A stretch of 64,000 bases of DNA from Octopus bimaculoides (Eukaryota). The first letter of the stretch is position 1; every line of letters starts with the position of its first letter. Below the pieces are notes generated by a model. That model saw only the letters and a list, made by a program, of their open reading frames with translations. It was not told the origin of the DNA and did not search any database. The DNA lies in the NCBI RefSeq assembly GCF_001194135.2, contig NC_068981.1, forward strand, positions 160,095,974 to 160,159,973, read 5' to 3'. Shown one piece after another: positions 1 to 11,433 of the stretch. Both the position numbers and the translations under genes were made by a program.

Positions 1-370
1 TTTTTTGTAAAACACTAATATAATGATTTATAATGTATGATATCAGAGATATAATATTTATCATCATAATATTACACAAACAAACACACACACACACACA
101 CACATCTGTCACCAACCCTCACCTGTTTCCAGGTTATGTTGAATTAAGATGCTTAAATTAATCATTGGGATATGGTAGTGCCAATAGCCTTTGTCAGCAC
201 TCCTTTACAAGTGAGACTGATGTGATCAGTGCCAAGCTGAACATCTGTAGTTTAAAGCCTGGAAGGAGAAAAAAAACAACCGTCAATCTTGTCTGAATGT
301 TTAATACTGTGAACTCTATTAAAGGCATCCAAGGACTGCATGGTTGTGTTAATTTGGATGGTATGTTATA

Positions 371-685
371 CTGGCATTCCATTAGTTATGATGATGAGGG
401 TTCCAGTTGATCCGATCAGTGGAACAACCTGCTCATGAAATTAATGTGCAAGTGGCTGAGCACTCCACAGACGCATATACCCTTAACGTAGTTCTCAGGG
501 AGATTTACGTTGTGACACAGAATGTGACAAGGTTGAACCTTTGAAATACAAGTACTACCCGTGTTTACCAGCTGAGTAGAGTAACATGAAATAAAATATT
601 TTGCTCAAGGATAGAATGCACTGTCAGGAATCAAACTCGCAACCTTATAATCATGAGCCTACCCTAAGCACTAAACCATGCACGT
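371..685 (-). mobile_element. Decayed tRNA-derived SINE (same 3' tail as 12677-13060)
   Basis: The reverse complement has a tRNA-like head, a CORE-like middle and the tail ...gtggagtgctcagccacttgcac...ggatcaactggaaccctc..., with CpG decay. Confidence 0.75.
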
Positions 686-859
686 GTTAGAAATATCAAA
701 ATATTATATGTGCAAAATATTACAAATTGATTTGGAGTTTTCCTCCTCTTTTATATTTGTATATTTTTAGTCTTTTTTTTATTCACTCCTTTCCCCTCTA
801 CTACAATATTTTAATATTTTTTTCATTTATTGTTATTGCTTGCTTGTCTTCTATTATAG

Positions 860-966
860 GCTTGTTGCTTCCAGATTAGATGGTAGTATGGATTTTTTGG
901 AACTAGAAACTTTTCAGAATCTTGGAAACATATCTTCTAACTCAACACCTGGACTTCATACACGCG
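860..966 (+). CDS. SCAP: SCAP coding exon (first in window; gene starts upstream), WD40 region
   Basis: ctattatag|G acceptor, G|gtaatt donor. Reads LVASRLDGSMDFLELETFQ..., matching the vertebrate SCAP segment RIVAARLNGSLDFFSLET as I recall it. Confidence 0.9.
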
Positions 967-1289
967 GTAATTAAAATACCTGAACATTTTGTTACATTTT
1001 GTTATCAAATTTTATTCTTACCTAACATTATTTGCTGAATATCTTAAGTGGTTAATTTTCTGTCTTAAATGTTTATGAATAATTTTTCTTTGAATTGTAT
1101 TCTATTTGAAGTTTTGATAAATGAAGAAAAATAAATACTACAGATTTGACAATGAGTTATAAAGTCTTGCAGTTAGACAGAGGTTTTTAACATTATATAC
1201 ATGCTGATACTGTACTAGTTGCTGTATTTGTTCTGCAAAGAAGTGTCATCTTCACTAAAGGAAATAGAAGTAATTACTTTGTCCTCAAA

Positions 1290-1620
1290 CTGATTGGACT
1301 ATGTGGGAGAATGAATCAAAATAAAGCTAGTACAAGATAATTAAGCTGTATAGAATGCAGTTTGGGTTTATGCCAGGAAATAGAATCACAACTGACAACT
1401 ATAAATGAAGTGTTTAGTTAAGAAAAGACAAATCAATGATAATACTTTTAAAAAGGTCCAATTCTCTGTAGCTTGGAGATTGATGAGGCAGTTGAATGTA
1501 GATGAACACTTCAAGAGAACAAATTTAGTGTCTATCAAGACTTCATCCTTTGCATGTATATTCTATATAAGGAATGAGTACACAAGAGGTTTAAAGACAT
1601 TACCATTTTAATATTTTTTT
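1290..1620 (+). mobile_element. Highly decayed RTE LINE reverse transcriptase fragment
   Basis: atgcagtttgggtttatgccagga = MQFGFMPG (RT domain 2-like), with stops around it. Confidence 0.5.
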
Positions 1621-2507
1621 CAATATTTAGTTGGAAGTTGAAGGGCAGTGTCCATAACTTTTGAAAGCTGTCTTTGACTTGTGAGGTGAATGCAGTTAAT
1701 GTTCACTTTAGAAAAATGGGAACAGGGAGACACAGAGTGCTGACTCCTAGTGATAAAGGATTGTGCTGGGTGGAGTCGAGTGGCACAGTAGAGATGCTCA
1801 AAGAAGTGATAAGGATACATCTGGTGAGCTTATGTGGATAACTTGCTAGTCCAGAAAGAACAGAAGCTGTTAGAACTGGGGTGGAAGAGACAAAAAAAAA
1901 AAAAACTACAACACACCTATTGGTAAGTGATTGTAGTGTTAGTATGTTTTCACAAGTTTAGTTTTTAGACACAAAGTTCTAGATGATATTTATAGAACCA
2001 TGACTTTAGATGTGCCTGATGAACCATAGTGGTTGTGAAATATTAGTGATAAATGAAAACCTGCATAGACTGGAGGTAAAATTGAGTGTGGATAGACAGT
2101 TTTAGCTGGCATGGAAAACAGCATGAGAAAGATGAGAATATGGTTAAGCATTAATGGTATTAACTGATATGTGTAGGTGGGATGGCTGCCCTAGGTTGAA
2201 GATAATAGAACTAATAGCACACGTAGAGTGAAAACATCTTGTGAACTAACAAGGGATCTTAAATATGGCTTTGGAAGACTAAAGTAGGTATAAAAATTGG
2301 TGTGGTAGAATCTGAGGATGTTAAGTGTACCAAATAAGATGACATAGGACTAAGGAAAATAGGAACATACCATACTGCAGACACATCCTGCTGATAACTG
2401 AATGAAAGGAAAAAGGGGGATATATTCAGACATATACCATATCAGAAATACAAGAATATCTTTATTAGAAATATAATAAACAGTAGTTATATTATCCTTA
2501 TTTTTAG

Positions 2508-2689
2508 GTCCCGTACGCCATCCGTCCAGTTCAGCTTCAAATAAAAACAGTACAGGCACAGTTGGATGTTGGGAAGAATCAGTCTCCTGTGCTTTATTGC
2601 AGCGTATTCAAGCCCACCAAAAGCCAATTACAGCCTTACAATCAGAAGCTGGACGTGTAGTGTCTGCCAGTGATGATCGCACACTCAAG
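2508..2689 (+). CDS. SCAP: SCAP coding exon, WD40
   Basis: tttttag| acceptor, AAG|gtcaat donor. Reads ...[34 protein letters not shown], like human [26 protein letters not shown]. Phase 1 to 0 fits both neighbours. Confidence 0.93.
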
Positions 2690-3811
2690 GTCAATTCTTT
2701 GTAATGTTAACATGTGTTTTATATTGTCCGTATCAGATTTCAGAATTATATCTTCTGGCATAAAAAAAATAAAAGCAGATCATTTTATTGTAATATTTTT
2801 ATTGCAAACCTACATAATATATCGACATAGCTATTTGTAATGTAGTTGTATATCATATTGTTTATGTCATATGTAAACAAACATACGTTTGTTTTTTGAA
2901 GCATTGAAATGTAATGTAGAACAAGTAGAAAAATATTTTTTCAACATGAACAGTATATATAAAGGATAAAATCCTTTTAAGAGCAGAAAAATTTACTGAC
3001 AACCAGCCATGTTGAAAAAACATATCTTTCTACTTGTTCTACAATACATTTCAATGCTTCAAAAAACAAACTTATGTTTGTTTACATATGATGTAATCTA
3101 TATGACAGAAATGTTACGTTTCTGGATGATTTTATAGCTTCTAAAATTGCAGAATTCACCGGTCGGCAGTTTAGTTTAAAAGGTAGAGCACACCGACCGG
3201 ATATTGGAGGGGTGTGAGTTTGATCTTCATGGCTAGTTGCCAGCAAATTTTTCTGTTCTTAAAAGGATTTTATCCTTTATATATACTGTTCAGTATTTAC
3301 ATATTGTTTATATTTCAGTTAATAATCAAAATGATAATTCATCTCAAAAGTGTTGATTTATTAAAATATTTTTTAATTACAATAACTACTTTTTCCTATT
3401 AAAAACTACACACAGTGAAATATCAGACATATATTGGTTATTTCTTAAATTCTAAGCCATTAAATATTTATATCTAGGGAAAAAACAATTTAAGAAATGA
3501 GTTTATCATATTTATTTATTGTTATATTATCTTCAGAGAATAACTTTTATTGTCGATTTACGAAAAGATACAGTGTGTGTATATATATATATATAAGCAA
3601 TGTTAATTCTCTAAATGAAGTATTAACAGTAACTGCACGATAAAGTGTAGTATATTGCCACTTAAGTGTGGCTGACCCCTAGGGGTGGATGTTACTGTTG
3701 CTTTTAGCCCCAGGAGGACATCTCCTCCAGCTGGCTTATCGACACACGACTGTGTCCTGTTTGCCAAGGGAAGTTATCCCTCTCACCACGATCTGCAGCA
3801 CGAACGGATCC

Positions 3812-4283
3812 NNNNNNNNNNNNNNNNNNNNNNNNNNNNNNNNNNNNNNNNNNNNNNNNNNNNNNNNNNNNNNNNNNNNNNNNNNNNNNNNNNNNNNNNN
3901 NNNNNNNNNNNNNNNNNNNNNNNNNNNNNNNNNNNNNNNNNNNNNNNNNNNNNNNNNNNNNNNNNNNNNNNNNNNNNNNNNNNNNNNNNNNNNNNNNNNN
4001 NNNNNNNNNNNNNNNNNNNNNNNNNNNNNNNNNNNNNNNNNNNNNNNNNNNNNNNNNNNNNNNNNNNNNNNNNNNNNNNNNNNNNNNNNNNNNNNNNNNN
4101 NNNNNNNNNNNNNNNNNNNNNNNNNNNNNNNNNNNNNNNNNNNNNNNNNNNNNNNNNNNNNNNNNNNNNNNNNNNNNNNNNNNNNNNNNNNNNNNNNNNN
4201 NNNNNNNNNNNNNNNNNNNNNNNNNNNNNNNNNNNNNNNNNNNNNNNNNNNNNNNNNNNNNNNNNNNNNNNNNNNNNNNNNNN
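3812..4283. other. Assembly gap (472 N)
   Basis: Run of N. Confidence 1.
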
Positions 4284-5071
4284 TAGGCTTGAAAGAAATG
4301 AAACTAATATGATCCACTGGATGTGTAATGTCAGTGTACATACATGACAGAGTGTAAGCTCTCTGAAAGAAAAGTTGGGCATAAGAACTATCAATTGTAG
4401 TGTGCAAGAGAGATGACTGCGCTGGTATGGTCGTGTGCTACGTATGGATGAGGACAGCTGTGTGAGGAAGTGCTGATCCCTAACTGTGGAAGGAACCTGT
4501 GGAAGAGGTAAACCCAGAAAGACATGGGATGGAAACTGAGATCCTTGGAGATATGCTGTGATTGAGAAGACCTGGCAACTAAAGTGAGATCGCAGCTATG
4601 CATGTCCAGCCCAGTACCCCTGATGCGTCAAGTGACATGATATGCTTGAGAAGACCTGTTGAGTCAAGTAAAACCAATACTGTAGCTGGGTCCAGTACCC
4701 CATGACTGGCTCCAGTGCTGGTGGCATGTAAATAGCACCATCTGAATATGGTTGATGCCAGGACCGCCTGACTGGTCCCCATGTCAGTGATGCGTAAAAA
4801 GCACCATCCAAACGTGGCCGATGCCAGTACTCCATGCCAGTGGCACATAAAAAGCACTATCTGAACGTGATCGATACCAGGCCTGCCTGACTGGCTCCTG
4901 TGTTGGTGGCATGTAAAGAGCACCCACTACACTCTCGGAGTGGTTGGCAATAGGAAAGGCATCCAGCTGTAGAAACATTGCTAGATCAGATTGGAGCTTG
5001 TTGCAGTCGCTGGCTCTCCAGACCTCAGTCAAACCGTTCAACCCATGTCATCATGGAAAACAGACGTTAAA
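4284..5071 (+). mobile_element. RTE LINE 3' end (ORF C-terminus plus 3' UTR)
   Basis: Degenerate RLERNE...LRWYGRVLRM...VEGTCGRGKPRKTW, then the repeat-containing 3' UTR. The left edge abuts an N gap. Confidence 0.8.
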
Positions 5072-5188
5072 AGTGTAAAATACATTGTTATTGTAGTTGG
5101 ATATTCTGTCTATTAAATTTCAGTGAAAGACTGTCTGACAGTGATTTCAAGAGCAGTAGTAATAAACGTATTATTGTTTTTATTGTAG

Positions 5189-5269
5189 GTATTCTGTCTA
5201 GAGGACTGCATATGTATGTATACATTATATGGTCATCATGGTAGTATTACAGCTCTTTACTTAGATAGG
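5189..5269 (+). CDS. SCAP: SCAP coding exon, WD40
   Basis: ttgtag| and |gtaagt. VFCLEDCICMYTLYGHHGSITALYLDR, like human [27 protein letters not shown]. 81 nt. Confidence 0.93.
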
Positions 5270-5349
5270 GTAAGTGAAATATGTTTCTTATCATTTCTAT
5301 TCTGTAACTGACATAGTTCCAATAATCTATAAATATATTTTCACATTAA

Positions 5350-5563
5350 GGTGGTAAGCTGGCAAAATCATTACCTCACCAGACAACATTCTTAGTGGCA
5401 TCTTGTCTGTCTTTATCTTCTAAGTTCAAATTCTGCCAAGGTTGACTTTGCCCTTCATCCTTTTGGGGTCACTGAAATAAGTACCTGTTGTGTACTGGGG
5501 CCAATATAATCAACTAGCCCTACTACCAAAATTTCAGGTCTTGTGTCTATAATAGAAAGGATT
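5350..5563 (+). mobile_element. SINE with a central segment resembling the Meta domain
   Basis: Contains ttgactttgcccttcatccttttggggtc...aaataagtacc. Related copies at 16776-16985(-), 22465-22660(+), 35320-35460(-), 35820-36035(-) and 36062-36255(-). The Meta assignment is from memory and not aligned. Confidence 0.6.
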
Positions 5564-5750
5564 ATTTTTATTGTGAGTAGGAAGTATTATTTATCATCTT
5601 TATCACCACTAGCAATTCTGATGTTTTCCAATTTTACCAAAATGCAACATTTACTAATTTTTGTCACTCTTTAAACTTTATTCACAATTAAGCTTGATTT
5701 GGTATACAAACTTCAAAATTTTGAATTTTTTAAATTTTTCGTTTATCCAG

Positions 5751-5963
5751 GGACCTCCATTTTCTGCTGCAAGTGCTTCCACTGATGGTACGGTTCGGTT
5801 ATGGGACTTGCTGACTGGTTTCTGTATCCATAAACTGTGTTCTTATGAACAACCTATCACTGCTTTGACATGTTCCCTTCAGTATGTGATCAGCCAAGAT
5901 CAGGATTACCATCTCTGTGTATGGGACCGCATTAGAGGTCAACTCTTGTATAACTTACAACTG
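5751..5963 (+). CDS. SCAP: SCAP coding exon, WD40
   Basis: ttatccag| and |gtaggt. GPPFSAASASTDGTVRLWDLLTG...LCVWDRIRGQLLYNLQL contains two WD-type repeats. 213 nt. Confidence 0.95.
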
Positions 5964-6021
5964 GTAGGTAATATAAGCCATTTAACATTTTAAACAAATT
6001 TTCATCATTGATACACTGAAG

Positions 6022-6223
6022 CAGTATTTCTCACCCAGAGTTTCCCACAACCCTAGGGTTCCACAAAAGCTTTGTAGGGGTTCCGCGAGAAAGAGTGAGA
6101 TAAGCTAATGCTAATTTCATGATCGTAATATTACTATACATGCACAACATATTATTGGTTATTGTAATATTGACATCATCCTGTCTAACTTATCATGTTA
6201 TCAAAAAAATACAACAACCATTG

Positions 6224-6263
<40 letters not shown>

Positions 6264-6392
6264 ATTTACCACATAAGCTATGATGCAAAAAATGAGAAAG
6301 ATATGGTATATAATTTTTTTTGTGCAGGGGTTCCTTGAAACATGTAATTTATTTTAAGTGTTACACAAGGGTAAAAGGGTTGAGAAACACTA
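6022..6392. mobile_element. hAT-type MITE
   Basis: TIRs cagtatttctca / tgagaaacacta (CAGTGTTTCTCAA type). 8-bp TSD cactgaag (6014-6021) / cattgaag (6393-6400). Internal (TA)n. A related left end cagtggttctcaac is at 17221. Confidence 0.8.
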
Positions 6393-6437
6393 CATTGAAG
6401 TATCCATCATCATCATCATCCACCCAATAACGGATAG

Positions 6438-6960
6438 GGGGACCCTGTCAAAGGCTTTCTCCATGTCAATGAAAGCCAGGTACAGAGGTTTATCTTGGGC
6501 TAGGTATTTCTCTTGCAGCTGTCTTACCAGAAATATAGCATCAGTAGTGCTTTTCCCCAGCACAAACCCAAACTGCATCTCATCTAGACTGACTCTCTCC
6601 CTAATTAGTTGGGCTATGACCCTCTCCATGACCTTCATTACCTGATCCAACAACTTGATACCTCTGTAATTATTTGTATCTAAAGCGTCGACTTTACCTT
6701 TGTAGCAGCTGACTATGGTGCTGCTACACCAGTCATCATTGGGTATGACTCCTTCATGTATCACCTGGTTAACTATACGGGTGACTAGGCTATAGCCGAT
6801 ACCACCAGATATTTTGAGCATCTCTGCAGTGAATACTGATGGGCCGGGAGGGCTTTTCCTGTCTTCATACCCTTAATTGCTTTATCTACCAAGGTACTGT
6901 CAGTTTGGATAACTGGTCCCTCTGTTAGGTCAACATTTGGCAGACTTTCTTTCTCTCATT
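6438..6960 (-). mobile_element. RTE-clade LINE reverse transcriptase fragment
   Basis: ORF 6390-6821: YKGK.D...NYRGIKLL...MKVMERVI...QFGFVLGKSTTDAIF...LAFIDMEKAFDRVP (RT domains 0-3). Truncated on both sides. Confidence 0.9.
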
Positions 6961-7104
6961 CATTCTCTTTATTGAGCAATATATGTAGTAAAGTATATCC
7001 ACTCATAAGAAGCTGATGATTCGTTCTATTGTCACAACAGACACACAAATGCTAAAAACTTGTGTAGTAATGGATATTTGGAATTATATTTTTTTTAACC
7101 AATG

Positions 7105-7548
7105 GAGCGCTAAGAGCACCGTCTGAGCGTGATCGTTGCTAGAGCAGTTGTCTGGCTTCCATGCCAGTGGCATGTAAATAGCACCATTTGAGCGTGATTG
7201 TTACCAACGTCGCCTTACTGGCACTTGGGCCGGTGGCACATGAAAAAAAATTCGAGTGAGGTCACTGCCAGTACCACTGGACTGGCCCCTGTGCAGGTGG
7301 CACGTAAAAAACACCATTTTGAGCGTGGCCGTTGCCAGTACCGCCTGACTGGCCCTTGTGCCAGTGGCACGTAAAAGTACCCACTACACTCTCGGAGTGG
7401 TTGGCGTTAGGAATGGCATCCAGCTGTAGAAACTCAGCCAAATCAGATTGGAGCCTGGTGCAGCCTTCTGGTTCGCCAGTCGTCAGTCAAACCGTCTAAC
7501 CCATGCAAGCATGGAAAGCGGACGTTAAACGATGACGATGATGATGAT
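7105..7548 (+). mobile_element. RTE LINE 3' UTR copy with four internal repeat units and (GAT)n tail
   Basis: Ends ...ccaacccatgcaagcatggaaagcggacgttaaac(gat)n. The same tail follows the RTE ORF end at 11433-11483 and 62710-62823. Confidence 0.85.
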
Positions 7549-7867
7549 TGAATTATTTTTCTCCTGTTTGTACACATAAATGTGTGTGTGTCAGTGTGTA
7601 TTTACATAATTTTCAGTTTGCTAGGTCTGTCACCATTATTAACACTAATGTTTATTTATGCTAATGTGGATGCATATTCTGGAATAGGGGTTTTACTACC
7701 AAATATAACATGCATGAAACTAGTTTTATATGACAAGACAGTACCAGATTAACTGTTTTGAGATTAGTCTCAAACAAGATAAAAATAATGGATGAGAAAT
7801 AATAGTAGGGGAGAGAGAGAGAGAGCACATAAGTGATATCTCACAAAATAATGTTAATTATTTGCAG

Positions 7868-7933
7868 GAGCCTGGTTTATATAGTCAACAAATGGCATTA
7901 CTCACTGATAAACTTCTACTGCTTGGAGGACAG
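7868..7933 (+). CDS. SCAP: SCAP coding exon
   Basis: tttgcag| and CAG|gtaagt. EPGLYSQQMALLTDKLLLLGGQ, like human ...VISDNLLVTGGQ. 66 nt. Confidence 0.9.
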
Positions 7934-8339
7934 GTAAGTATTTTTAAGCTACTGGGATTGTCTAGTGATTGATATCAGTTCCTTGTACTTCAGGTTTATA
8001 GTGAAAGGTCTTTATTTAAATCTTTTTTTTTTTTACCAGTCCATGGAGAAAGGGTGGAGTACATTGCCTCATTGAACTCCTTTCAAAATGTAGAAGAATT
8101 ATTGAGTTAGTCTAGGAGAGATCACTAGAGATAATTTTAACATAAGTAAAGATTGTGATATTTTTAGTTTTGACCAAAGAGAATGGTGGTGTTATTTTTT
8201 CTCCTCTTCCTGTTTTAAATGATTAAACAACAAATTAAACATTAACTTCACTAAATACAAACTTTTCTAACTGCAAAAATTAAATTGCTTTATTTTTATA
8301 TTTGCCATGTCAATCTATCTTTGTTATTTCTTCTTGTAG

Positions 8340-8519
8340 GGTGTTTTGTATTTATGGGACATTTTTCAAGGTCAGCTGAAAAAGCAAATAAAAGTCAGCC
8401 ATACTGATCAAGCAGCTTTTATTCGTTTTGTCCAAGTCATTGACCACAGTGTTGTATGTGATTATGGCAATGAACTTCGTGTTATCAACTTTCCTACAAT
8501 TCTTGAAAAAAATGACTGA
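8340..8519 (+). CDS. SCAP: SCAP terminal coding exon
   Basis: ttcttgtag| acceptor. GVLYLWDIFQG...VVCDYGNELRVINFPTILEKND*, like the human C-terminus [22 protein letters not shown]. TGA at 8517-8519. Confidence 0.95.
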   Translation, partial: GVLYLWDIFQGQLKKQIKVSHTDQAAFIRFVQVIDHSVVCDYGNELRVINFPTILEKND

Positions 8520-8648
8520 TCACTGTCTAACTTAATTTTGGAAACAGAGTGACTTTTTGCCTAGCAACAAATTACAGACAGAAAATTGTCGGTTATCATT
8601 TTATCATGTATCAAAACATTTGTTGGCTCATTCATTTTTTTACAAGAC

Positions 8649-8754
8649 ATTAAAATGCTTTAAATTTTTTGAAGATAAAATAAAAATAATTTTCTATTTT
8701 TTTGTCAAATATTTCTCACTATAGTGACTATTTAAAGAAAAAAAAATCAATAAA
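8649..8754 (+). promoter_or_regulatory. Candidate SCAP polyadenylation signals
   Basis: ATTAAA at 8649-8654 and AATAAA at 8679-8684 and 8749-8754, followed by T-rich sequence. Which one is used cannot be seen from sequence. Confidence 0.4.
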
Positions 8755-8915
8755 GATTTAAAAAATTAAATTGTTTCAAAATTTTGTAATTTCTTGTAAT
8801 TTATTTTTATTGTTATATTCTGTCAATTATTCTTGTTGAATTTGTTTATATTTTTGTAAATTGAAGCAAGTCATTGCTGATGTACTATACATATTATTGA
8901 TACACTGGTAAACAC

Positions 8916-9308
8916 CAGGAGTGGCTGTGTGGTAAGGTAAGTAGCTTGCTTACGAACTACTTGGTTCTGGGTTCCGTCCCACTGCGTGGCACCTTGGGCA
9001 AGTGTCTTCTACTATAGCCCCGGGCTGACCAAAGCCTTGTGAGTGGATTTGGTAGACAGAAACTGAAAGAAGCCTGTCATATATATGTATGTGTGTGTAT
9101 ATGTTTGTGTGTCTGTGTTTGTCCCCCCCAACATCGCTTGACAACTGATGCTGGTGTGTTTATGTCCCCGTAACTTAGCAGTTCAGCGAAAGAGACCGAT
9201 AGAATAAGTACTAGGCTTACAAAGAATAAGTCTTGGGGTCAATTTGCTCGACTAAAGGTGGTGCTCCAGCATGGCCACAGTCAAATGACTGAAACAAGTA
9301 AAAGAGAG
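8916..9308 (+). mobile_element. CORE-like tRNA SINE, near full length
   Basis: Head caggagtggctgtgtggtaag, B-box-like ggttccgtccc, CORE-like gcaccttgggcaagtgtcttct, internal (TG) stretch, tail gactgaaacaagtaaaaga. Further copies near 26074(+), 30196-30573(+), 31342-31605(+), 31848(+), 32640-32845(-), 43135-43445(-), 46480-46730(-), 53610-53830(+) and 63730-63905(-). Confidence 0.8.
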
Positions 9309-9419
9309 TAATAATTTCAATTACTATTGTTGTTGATTTATCTCCTAGAACATAAAGATGAAAGAAAATTTTTGTATAAATTTTCCAAGTGTTATACACA
9401 CAAAGAGTTTAGTGGAATC

Positions 9420-10020
9420 ACAAGCAGACTAATAGGGAAAGCAAGCTTCATATGTAACAGATGAACTGGAGTGGTATGTACTATGAACACACTTGAACTA
9501 GTTTGTTTGACATGCCCCAATGGTTTACAAGAAGTTGTTGATAGCTTTTGTTACCTAGGAGATGTAATTAACAAGTGAGATGGCTGCTCTGAAAATATAG
9601 TAACCAAGGTAAGAATGGGTTGAAAAAAATTCAGAGAGCTACTATTGCTGCCAATCATGAAAATCTTTTCCCTCAGACTGAAGGGCAGATTGAATGACTT
9701 TTGTATTAGAACAGTGTTGTTGCATGGTAGCGAGACATGGGCTTTGAATGCAGAGGACTTAAGAAAACTGGAAAGAAATTTAAAAAAAACATGCTTCATT
9801 GGATGTGTATTGTAATTGTGCACAACTGACAAAGTACAGATGTGTTGAGAGAAAAACTGGGCATAAGAGGAATCAAATGTAGTATGAAAGAAAGAATACT
9901 GTACTAGTATGATCATGTGGTACATATGAATGTGAACAGCAACATAAAGAAGTGCTGATCACTTAATGTGGATGCAGCTTACAGAAGAGAGAGAGACCCA
10001 GGAAAACATGGGGCAGGTAA
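9420..10020 (+). mobile_element. Decayed RTE LINE fragment (post-RT C-terminal region)
   Basis: Degenerate FCYLGD...KFRELL...LRLKGRL...VLLHGSETWAL..., with stops and frameshifts. Confidence 0.75.
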
Positions 10021-10077
10021 ATAATTGTCAAACAGTTACTGGTGATTGAAGGAATTAAGTAAACAATACAGACTGAT

Positions 10078-10368
10078 ATCATCATCATCGTTTAATGTCT
10101 GCTTTCCATGCTAGCATGGGTTGGATGATTTGACTGAGGACTGGTGAACCAGATGGCTACACCAGGCTCCAATCTGATTTGGCAGAGTTTCTACAGCTGG
10201 ATGCCCTTCCTAATGCCAACCACTCCGAGAGTGTAGTGGGTGCTTTTACGTGCCACCGGCATGAAGGCCAGTCAGGCGGTACTGGCAACAGCCACGCTCA
10301 AAATGGTGTCTTTAACGTGCCACCTGCACAGGAGCCAGTCCAGCGGCACTGGCAACGATCTCGCTCGA
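10078..10368 (-). mobile_element. RTE LINE 3' UTR copy, 5'-truncated
   Basis: (atc)n followed by the reverse complement of the RTE tail. Similar minus copies at 20537-20822, 39561-39847 and 58372-58560. Confidence 0.85.
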
Positions 10369-11433
10369 ATGAAGAGTTGAAAGACTTTTGTCTAAACTAA
10401 CTGGAATTCTTTGTTGTTGAAATGAACATCACAAAAGTGAATGAATTCTACATATGTGCCAACATACCTTTCAAAATGAAATTGTAACAAAGATCATAGC
10501 TTGGAGAAAAATTGGATTAGAGGCAGATTTTGATTTTATGTGATATGTTCTTTTGACACTTAAGTTTAAATATAAACATTCAATCTTAAGTGAGTCTTCA
10601 AAGCAGTTTAATAAGTTTGAAATGCTATTTATATTAAATTTAGATCATAAAGAAAGAAAAAGAGATCAAAGAAATTGGATGAGAAATGTAATTGTTAGTG
10701 ATAATCTCCATCATCATCATTTAACATCTGTTTTCCATGCTGGCATGGGTTGGATGTTTTGACAGGAGTTAGCCAGCTGGAGAGCTGATAGGCTCCAGTT
10801 GTCTATTTTGGCATGGTTTCTATGACTGGGTGACCTTCCTAACTCCAACGAAAGATACAAAAGTTTATAAAGGTATCAATGGTTTGCAAAAGTCCAAGTC
10901 AATAAATATAAGGATATTTTATAAAATTGAATGGTAGTATTTAGATAAACTAATTTAGGGAAAATTATCACATGATCGACCGGGCTATTAGATGTTGTTA
11001 CACATTGCTGGTCACAATGTGCAAGGCAAGCAAGCCAACATTCCCCACTGGAGCAACATGAAATGAAGTATTTTGCTTAAGAACATAATGTGCCACCCAC
11101 TCAGGGAATCGAACCCATAATCTAGTGATCATGAGTACAACTTAACCATTAGGCCACACACCTTCACAGGGAAAATTATAACAAAAGAAAACATACAGAA
11201 AAGTCACATGTCCCCTATATTCTATGGATTTCTGCAGTTATAGAGGAAAAATAAATGATAAAATATTGTAGAAATGATGTGAAAATAAATATGAGAATGG
11301 ATAATTGAATAAAGTGTAAGGTATATCTGATAGTATTTCCCAGTTTTATAATGAAATGGAATTTTTGTATATTTATGTATTAAAAGCACACAGATTTTTC
11401 TGTAATTCATCATAATTTAACTCCTCATATGTC

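Noticed and set aside
3657-3811. GC-rich segment with small palindromes left of the first gap as an RTE 5' end
   Set aside because: It cannot be linked across the gap. Its CpG retention differs from the decayed RTE on the other side.
3685-4407. Long ORFs spanning N runs (also 36726-37678, 61112-61326, 62186-62910)
   Set aside because: These are artefacts of translating through assembly gaps.
7140-7400. CRISPR-like repeat-spacer array
   Set aside because: The units are degenerate tandem repeats inside a LINE UTR with no unique spacers, in a eukaryotic context with no cas genes.
10179-10400. Recurrent short ORFs containing LQSDLAEFLQLDALPNANHSESVVGAF (also 11417, 20609, 39630, 41571, 45995, 4784)
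   Set aside because: They are the antisense reading of the RTE 3' UTR. They recur because the repeat recurs, and their frames and lengths are not conserved.
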